Shown here one piece after another: positions 58,143 through 64,000 of a DNA stretch of 64,000 nucleotides (position 1 is its first letter; each line of letters begins with the position of its first letter). This DNA comes from Gemmatimonadota bacterium. Its GTDB lineage: Bacteria; Gemmatimonadota; Gemmatimonadetes; Gemmatimonadales; GWC2-71-9. Below the pieces are notes generated by a model. That model was not told the origin of the DNA. It did not search any database and was given only the letters and a program-made list of their open reading frames with translations. The position numbers were made by a program, and so were the translations under genes. The stretch lies in assembly GCA_039586365.1 (NCBI GenBank), contig JBDHKN010000004.1:29036-93035 (forward strand), written 5' to 3'.

Positions 58143-58853
58143 TTGGTGCGGCCTGACGGGCGCCCAGCGGACCAGCTTCGGTCGGTCGTGCTCGAGCGCG
58201 GGACCAACCCCTATGCCGAAGGATCGTGCTTGACGCGGGTGGGAGGCACACTGGTGCTTTGTGCGGCCAGCGTTGAGGCAGGCGTACCCGCTTGGCGTCG
58301 AGGGAGCGGGCTCGGTTGGCTGACCGCGGAATATGCAATGCTGCCCCGTGCCACTACCGAACGGACCGCACGCGAGCGGCACGGTCCGGGCGGGCGGACC
58401 TCGGAGATTCAAAGACTCATTGGGCGCAGCCTGCGTACCACGTTGCAGACATTCGAGTTCGGCGAATACACGATCCGGGTTGACTGTGACGTGCTGCAAG
58501 CAGACGGAGGAACGCGCACGGCTGCCGTCACTGGAGGTGCTGTCGCAGTTGCTGATGCCTGTGCCTGGATGGAGCGAGAATTGGGTATTCCGAATCCGTT
58601 TGCTGCTCTGGTCGCCGCTGTGTCGGTGGGGATAGTGGCTGGGGAAGCCAGGGTCGATCTGGCGTATGCCGAGGACAAAGCTGCACAGGTGGACGCCAAC
58701 GTCGTCGTTGCCGAACCCGATCACTACGTCGAGGTTCAGGGAAGTGCGGAGGGGAGGCCGTTCTCTCACACTGAATTGCAGCGCCTGCTAGAGTTGGCGG
58801 TTCAGGGAGTCACCGAGTTGTTCACGCATCAGCGAGCAGTGCTCGGATGGTGA
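58143..58853 (+). CDS. rph: Ribonuclease PH
   Basis: RPDGR, WLTAEYAMLP, GRTSEIQRLIGRSLR, DCDVLQADGGTRTA, EVQGSAE. Confidence 0.97.
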   Translation: MVRPDGRPADQLRSVVLERGTNPYAEGSCLTRVGGTLVLCAASVEAGVPAWRRGSGLGWLTAEYAMLPRATTERTARERHGPGGRTSEIQRLIGRSLRTTLQTFEFGEYTIRVDCDVLQADGGTRTAAVTGGAVAVADACAWMERELGIPNPFAALVAAVSVGIVAGEARVDLAYAEDKAAQVDANVVVAEPDHYVEVQGSAEGRPFSHTELQRLLELAVQGVTELFTHQRAVLGW

Positions 58854-59482
58854 AGCCGCCCCTGCTGGTTGCCACGCGGAGCGCTGGGAAACAGCCTGAA
58901 ATCAAGAGGATACTGTCTGATATCCCATACAGACTGGTGTTTCCGGACGATGTGGGCTTGTACGAGAAGCGTGAGGAGGACACCCTGGAAGACGCCGGTT
59001 CGTTCGACGGGAACGCGCGACGGAAGGCTGAGTACTTCTCCAGGTTGGCGCGGCTCCCGACGGTCGCGGACGACTCGGGTCTCGAAGTCCTGTCGCTGCG
59101 CGGTGCTCCCGGTGTCAGGTCCAGACGGTTTGCGCTGCCGCAGCCGGGCCAGGATCAGGATGCCGCAAATAACGCGGAGCTGTTGCGCCGTCTGGCAGGT
59201 GCGGCTCCGGAACGGAGGCGCGCTCGCTATCGCTGTAGCGTCGCCTACCTACGAGATCCGGCCGCGCTCCCCGTGACCTTCGATGGCATTTGCACGGGTG
59301 TCATCTTGGAAGAGCCGCGTGGCAGCGGTGGATTCGGCTACGATCCATTATTCCTGTCAGATGAACTCGGCGTGAGCTTCGGCGAAGCAGACGCCGACGC
59401 CAAGCACGGCGTGAGTCACCGGGGCAGGGCATTCCGCGCATTTGCTGACTGGCTCAAGTCACAGCCCCCACAGACCAAATGA
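58847..59482 (+). CDS. rdgB: dITP/XTP pyrophosphatase (Ham1 family)
   Basis: ADDSGL, GAPGVRSRR, GFGYDP, SHRGRA; follows rph. Confidence 0.95.
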   Translation: MVKPPLLVATRSAGKQPEIKRILSDIPYRLVFPDDVGLYEKREEDTLEDAGSFDGNARRKAEYFSRLARLPTVADDSGLEVLSLRGAPGVRSRRFALPQPGQDQDAANNAELLRRLAGAAPERRRARYRCSVAYLRDPAALPVTFDGICTGVILEEPRGSGGFGYDPLFLSDELGVSFGEADADAKHGVSHRGRAFRAFADWLKSQPPQTK

Positions 59483-59551
59483 CGAGCTGTGGCGCACCGC
59501 TACGTAGTTGCGGGGTGAGAGATTAACTTGTTCCAACGTTCATCGTTGAGA

Positions 59552-59626
59552 CGGGGCGTAGCGCAGTCCGGTTAGCGCGCGTGGTTTGGGACCACGAGGT
59601 CGCCGGTTCAAATCCGGCCGCCCCGA
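59552..59626 (+). tRNA. tRNA-Pro (anticodon TGG), CCA not encoded
   Basis: CGGGGCG/CGCCCCG acceptor stem, CGTGG-TTTGGGA-CCACG anticodon arm, GGTTCAAATCC T arm. Confidence 0.97.
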
Positions 59627-59787
59627 TTCACCCAACCGACTCGGTTACTGCGCGGTCGGTAGTGCGTCGCCGCCGGCGTCACCCTTCCTGCCAGCGCTGT
59701 GTCTGCTCCCTTTCCGTCACGCAGCAATCACCGTAGCTTTGCGGCAGCAGTAGGAACTGCCGTCACTCTCTCCAAGGAGATTGTACG

Positions 59788-60171
59788 ATGCGCCGTATTG
59801 TCTCAGCGGCGTTCGCGCTGGCTGCCACCCTCGTTGTCGTAGCGTGCGCCGGTTACTCTACCGGGTCGTCCCGTTCCAATAGCAACCTCATCACCCAGGC
59901 CGAGATTGCCGAAGCCGGCACTTCCGACGCCTACCAACTCGTCCAGCGGCTCCGCCCCGTCTGGCTCCAGACGCGGGGGGCCACCAGCTTCACGCAGGGG
60001 GGCGATGTGGCAGTGTACATGGACGGCACGAAAGTGGGTGAGCGCGAGGCGCTCCGGAGCATTCGGACGGATGATATCGAGTCGATCGAGTTTCTGGACG
60101 CCGGAAAGGCCCAGCTCCGGTTCGGCGTAGGGCACGAGAACGGCGCGATCCTGGTGACTATGAGGAAGTAG
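59788..60171 (+). CDS. Lipoprotein with stand-alone TonB-plug-like domain
   Basis: AAGGAG SD; lipobox VACA; LITQAEI..AYQLVQRLRP.W, DIESIEFL, GAILVT. Confidence 0.78.
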   Translation: MRRIVSAAFALAATLVVVACAGYSTGSSRSNSNLITQAEIAEAGTSDAYQLVQRLRPVWLQTRGATSFTQGGDVAVYMDGTKVGEREALRSIRTDDIESIEFLDAGKAQLRFGVGHENGAILVTMRK

Positions 60172-60364
60172 CTTCCGGTCCCGGCGGGGGCCAGCCGATG
60201 TGCGGCCGGCCCCGTGCGAAACCGCCGCCATACTTGGAATGACCTGGTGAGGTGTTCGAAGCCAGTCACCCGGACTCCGGAAAACCGGCCACCCGGAGCC
60301 GCGCTGGTGCTGCTTGTGTCTTGAAGCGCCCTTGTTCCGTGTGGCACCGCAGCGCAAGTAGCCT

Positions 60365-60673
60365 TCACTTCATGTCCTGGGCCTGCCGCCCTCCGCGCAG
60401 CTCATCTCTCAAGCGGTCGAAGTTCCACGCAATCGCTTGGAGGATGATTACGGTCACGGCACACATGATCGCGAATCCGGCTGCCAATCCCGAAGCGAAC
60501 CACAGGACGACCGGCAGCGAAACCATGGAGACATTGGCCGCGATCAGCAGGAAAGAGATGATCATCAACGCCACGCTGTAGCGTTGCATTCGATGTGCCA
60601 TCACTGCCGGCGGAACGACGTGCTTGCGCTCTAGCTTGACACCTGGCATTGCCTCGACAGTCGCGTGCGGCAT
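60365..60673 (-). CDS. Small hypothetical membrane protein (2 TM)
   Basis: GGAG 7 nt before ATG 60673; two hydrophobic helices. Confidence 0.55.
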   Translation of the reverse strand: MPHATVEAMPGVKLERKHVVPPAVMAHRMQRYSVALMIISFLLIAANVSMVSLPVVLWFASGLAAGFAIMCAVTVIILQAIAWNFDRLRDELRGGRQAQDMK

Positions 60674-60753
60674 GTTCGCACTCCAGTATAGACCGGCCAC
60701 AGTCTTGGGAAATTGGGTCGGCGAGTCAAGAGTGCGGCTCCCAGTTGGACGTG

Positions 60754-61899
60754 CTAGGCTGTGGTGTCCCGTCGGGGGCAGAACGGAAGGGCCTGCTCTG
60801 CGGCTACGAAATCGTCGGGCAGATACTCCGCGCATTCGACCGGGTCGCAGCAGGTGTGACACACGCGCTTGAACGCCCGGAATCCCGTCAACTCGACATG
60901 TGGTGACAGGAAGTCGTCCTTTACCGGTTCATCGCGCAGCAGGTCGGTGCTCAGGTACTTCTTGTTGTCGTCGCAGAACACGGTGACGACAACTGCGTCA
61001 CCGCCTAACTGGTTGAGAACTTTCAATGCACCCAGGAAGTTAGCACCGGACGAAATTCCCACTCCCATACCCAACCGAGTGGCCAGCGCCTGTGACATGA
61101 GGATGGCGTCCCCGTCGTCCACCGAGACGATGTCATCGAGAGCATCCAACTGCACGATCGGTGGAATGAACTCATCAGAGATTCCCTGGATCCGGTGTTT
61201 CCCCACCTTGCGTCCGGTGGAGAGGGTGGGGGAGTTGGCTGGCTCCAGCGGATGGAGTTTGACGGCTGGATGCCTGTCCTTGAGGAAACGTCCCGTCCCC
61301 ATGATGGTACCACCTGTTCCCACGCCGGCTACGAAAGCGTCCGGTACCGCGTTGCGGAACCGGAGCTGCCACCAGATCTCCGGGCCCGTCGTCTGATGGT
61401 GCGCTTCGATGTTGTCTTCATTGGAAAACTGCCGCGGTAAGAAGGATCGTTCGGTGCTGCTCGCCATCTCCTCGGCTCGGGCGATACTACCTAGGAACCC
61501 GCCTGCTTCTTTGCTGATGAGTTCAATGTCCGCTCCGAGGCTGCGTATGAGATTGATCCTCTCCTCGCTCATCCAGTCTGGCATGAAGATCGTTACGGGA
61601 TGGCCCATGGCCCGGCCCACGGCAGCTATTGCGATGCCGGTATTCCCACTTGTGGCTTCAAAGATGTGGTCTCCCGGACTTAGTGTTCCCGTGGCATAGC
61701 CTTTTTGCAGAATGTGGAGTGCCATCCGGTCCTTGATACTACCGGTCATGTTCAGGTTCTCCGCTTTGGCATATATGACAGATTGTCTGCCCTGAAACCT
61801 GAAGTCGATGGCGAGCATTGGTGTGTTGCCTACCAGGCACTTGAGTCCGCGAATCCGGCGCTCTATGTCCACGTCGACCACGGCTGAGCCTCCGATCAA
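60754..61899 (-). CDS. PLP-dependent cysteine synthase family protein with Cys-rich C-terminal tail (start may be a few codons downstream)
   Basis: [46 protein letters not shown]. Confidence 0.9.
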   Translation of the reverse strand: MIGGSAVVDVDIERRIRGLKCLVGNTPMLAIDFRFQGRQSVIYAKAENLNMTGSIKDRMALHILQKGYATGTLSPGDHIFEATSGNTGIAIAAVGRAMGHPVTIFMPDWMSEERINLIRSLGADIELISKEAGGFLGSIARAEEMASSTERSFLPRQFSNEDNIEAHHQTTGPEIWWQLRFRNAVPDAFVAGVGTGGTIMGTGRFLKDRHPAVKLHPLEPANSPTLSTGRKVGKHRIQGISDEFIPPIVQLDALDDIVSVDDGDAILMSQALATRLGMGVGISSGANFLGALKVLNQLGGDAVVVTVFCDDNKKYLSTDLLRDEPVKDDFLSPHVELTGFRAFKRVCHTCCDPVECAEYLPDDFVAAEQALPFCPRRDTTA

Positions 61900-62075
61900 A
61901 CTCGGGAAGGGAACGGATGGGTATTCGGATCAAGCAGGCGAGGGCTTGATTATTGGGATGTATGATAATCATGGGTCTCTGAGTGCACCAACCGGACCGC
62001 GCCGTGCGAACCAGGAGGTGCTACCTCGAGCGAGGGGTTGTGCCGTGGCTAGCAGCTATAGAGTTTCTAAGTCTG

Positions 62076-62115
62076 GCGCCCGTAGCTCAGCTGGATAGAG
62101 CATCGGCCTTCTAAG
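62076..62115 (+). pseudogene. 5' half of tRNA-Arg(TCT), interrupted just after the anticodon loop
   Basis: GCGCCCGTAGCTCAGCTGGATAGAGCATCGGCCTTCTAAG; no complementary anticodon stem, T arm or acceptor 3' strand follows. Confidence 0.85.
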
Positions 62116-62149
62116 GACCTGCGCCCGCTTCTCGGTAGGTCCTTCCCTT

Positions 62150-62253
62150 TCCGCCTTAGTCCGTCCTGGTAGGGTAGGGCACGCGGATGTAATCCGGCTG
62201 TGTCCGTCCCAATCCGCTCAGTCCGCCTCCTACTGCCACCAAAAATGCCACCA
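62150..62253. repeat. att-arm-like repeats
   Basis: TCCG at 62150, 62160, 62193, 62203, 62213, 62222; TGCCACCA at 62234 and 62246. Confidence 0.7.
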
Positions 62254-62525
62254 CGAGAGGTGTGTCGTTTTGGTCGCTGTTCCTATGCAACTCCAGACCA
62301 TCGTTGACACCGTCAGCACCCACTCAGCGGCTGCTGACGAAGGTGAGGGAACAGGGCGTTCTGACACCGTCCGCCCGCTCCGAAACGGTCTCGGAGCACA
62401 CTCAACGGGAAGAACTCGCTGTCAGGTCACAATGAAAAACCGGGCTCCGTCAACCCACGACCCGGTCGCCCACCACCTGAAGGGCGATAATCGCGGCGAG
62501 CGCGATTTGTCGGCTTGGCCCTGAC

Positions 62526-62587
62526 AAAAAAAGAGCCGGGTGTGGGCCATGTCGGCGTGCCGAACCGACATGAACTCCCGACTCTTT
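62526..62587 (-). terminator. Long minus-strand hairpin followed by U7
   Basis: Outer stem AAAGAGCCGGG/CCCGACTCTTT (G-U pair only on minus strand), inner CATGTCGG/CCGACATG, A7 on plus strand. Confidence 0.6.
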
Positions 62588-62662
62588 AGGCCAACAAGGC
62601 CGTACAACAACAGAATCAACGCTCAAGCTAGGCAATTGCTTGGTGGGCGTAAAGGGGGCGGC

Positions 62663-62812
62663 ATGTCGAACAAGAACAGCCCAAAGCAGCGCAGGAAGAA
62701 GAAACGACGTCAGCGGTTCTCGGAACAGCAAGTCCGTGAGGCGCGCAACGCGCTGAACAAGACAGAGCGGCAAATCGAGGTGTTCGGACGCCATGAGAAA
62801 CCCGCGTTCTGA
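62663..62812 (+). CDS. Small basic hypothetical protein (49 aa)
   Basis: AAGGGGG upstream of ATG; MSNKNSPKQRRKKKRRQRF. Confidence 0.35.
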   Translation: MSNKNSPKQRRKKKRRQRFSEQQVREARNALNKTERQIEVFGRHEKPAF

Positions 62813-63295
62813 GAGCGAGGCAGATCAGTGACCGACATATGCGAACGACGCGCAGGTACTACTTGGCTCAGCGCACGAGGGTCACGCGCCAGTCCGGGAT
62901 TTCTCTAGCGACTGGGTCTTGCCGGGACGTTATTAGTATAAGAAGCCACGAGTGACCCTTGCGAGTTGAACCATCGTCTACGAAGCAGGAATCTGCTTGG
63001 ATCCTCAGCGTCTCTTTGGCCACGGTTGACAAGTGGGTTGAGCGCGGGATATCTCGTGTTCCAAAAGGCGACGACCATTGGCGAATGAACACCGGGATTC
63101 GGAGGGGCAGTACCGCGAGGCTGCCAGGGTACACCCTCCCCGGTTTGCTCTCCGGATCTCGTGGAGAGCGAGGGGGGGAGGGCGGTGTTAAGAGCTGTAA
63201 TCTGGCTAAACTCCGAACCGTGCGGCAGTCACGCGTGTGCGATGTCATATTTCAGAATTTTCGATGCGAACAATTAAAAAGTTGGAAAAGCGAGC

Positions 63296-63640
63296 ATGAA
63301 GATCAGAACACTAATCAAGAACACAAAGCCACCGGCGCACCTGAGTGAGCGAACTCAGGAATTGTGGCGACAGATTGTGCCTCGCCGAGTACGGAGTCCG
63401 GAGCGCCTCACGTTGATACAGACAGCGCTTGAGGCACTTGATCGCGCAGACGAAGCGCGTGTGCAATTGGCGGAGGCTGGTCTCACGTTCAAGACGGAGA
63501 GCAGTGGGACGGTTCATCTCAATCCACTGGTACAGGTTGAGAAAGACGCCCGGAGCACTTTCGCCCGGATCTGGCAGCAACTCAATCTGCATTGCTACCC
63601 AGAGGTGGACGGCCTAGCTGGATGGGGACGGGACGACTAG
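63296..63640 (+). CDS. Phage terminase small subunit, P27-family-like
   Basis: KPPAHLS..TQELWRQIV, A.EALDRADEAR..L..GL, NPLVQVEKDAR..F...QLNL. Confidence 0.8.
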   Translation: MKIRTLIKNTKPPAHLSERTQELWRQIVPRRVRSPERLTLIQTALEALDRADEARVQLAEAGLTFKTESSGTVHLNPLVQVEKDARSTFARIWQQLNLHCYPEVDGLAGWGRDD

Positions 63641-63951
63641 GGGCTGGCGAAGATCGCAAAGCCTCAGCGAACTGGGCGATAGGCTCAGCAAGAACGCTTC
63701 GGTCTACTCACGGTGGATAAAGCAGCTCGAGCGAAAAGGTGGGTGAGGCTTCATGGGGCCGAGTTGCCGGGACTGTGTCCCACGGGACACATGGGGCGCT
63801 GGCAATTTCGTTGTCTCTCGATGTTTGCTTTTCGCTGGAGGGGGATAGCCGGTTCCGAATCTTTCAGGCCCCCTGCGCCCGAGACCGCGCCCAAACCTGA
63901 TTTTTTGGTGTACAGGTGTGGAGTTTTTCAGAACTGGGGAACTCGTACTTA

Positions 63952-64000
63952 ATGAAGGGACCTAATCCTAAACCCGCCGCGCTTCGTCAGCGTCGAAACC
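63952..64000 (+). CDS. Start of a probable second terminase small subunit (truncated by window end)
   Basis: MKGPNPKPAALRQRRN matches the GP.PKP...R.RRN N-terminus typical of TerS proteins; only 16 codons visible. Confidence 0.5.
   Translation, partial: MKGPNPKPAALRQRRN

Larger units (their letters stand above)
62116..64000. mobile_element. Left end of an integrated phage-related element (prophage remnant or satellite), extends beyond window
   Basis: Starts at broken tRNA; att-arm-like repeats; loss of dense housekeeping coding; Xis-like HTH fragment; terminase small subunit genes. Confidence 0.75.

Noticed and set aside
59627..62075. Genomic island integrated in tRNA-Pro
   Set aside because: No duplicated tRNA-Pro 3' fragment and no integrase seen; the three genes look like ordinary accessory genes.
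62065..62115. TTCTAAG on both sides of the tRNA 5' half as a target-site duplication
   Set aside because: Only 7 bp, and the second copy is simply the anticodon loop; chance cannot be excluded.
62113..62400. Group I intron in the tRNA-Arg anticodon loop
   Set aside because: No recognisable P7 (GACUA / UAGUC) core or P1 G-U guide pairing, and no 3' tRNA exon in the remaining 1.9 kb; att-arm-like repeats explain the sequence better.

Overview
GC-rich bacterial chromosomal segment. Gene content and order suggest a diderm organism of the Gemmatimonadota type (inference, not tested). Most of the window is housekeeping: mdh, CIRCE-groES-groEL, serS, uvrD/pcrA, murA, pgeF, the rimP-nusA-L7Ae-infB-DUF503-rbfA-truB-ribF operon, secDF, tatD, ridA, a complete MoxR/DUF58/Bat (VWA-TPR) operon, lpxH, lptE, rph, rdgB, tRNA-Sec and tRNA-Pro. 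Less ordinary parts: (i) a HEAT-repeat + HD-GYP gene pair whose products share an unnamed N-terminal 'YPEGH' domain; (ii) a four-gene bacterial microcompartment locus (two BMC-H shell proteins, acylating aldehyde dehydrogenase, PduL) with no signature enzyme or pentamer; (iii) two gene remnants not evident from the ORF track (a truncated gatC-like ORF and an fhs reduced to its two ends); (iv) a truB that must start at a non-canonical codon, probably CTG; (v) GGGAGCG heptamer arrays inside Bat coding sequences; (vi) at the right end, a tRNA-Arg(TCT) broken at the anticodon loop, followed by att-arm-like phased repeats and phage-like DNA with two successive 'cos-like region + small terminase' modules that run off the window. 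All family assignments come from motif recognition by eye; no searches were run.
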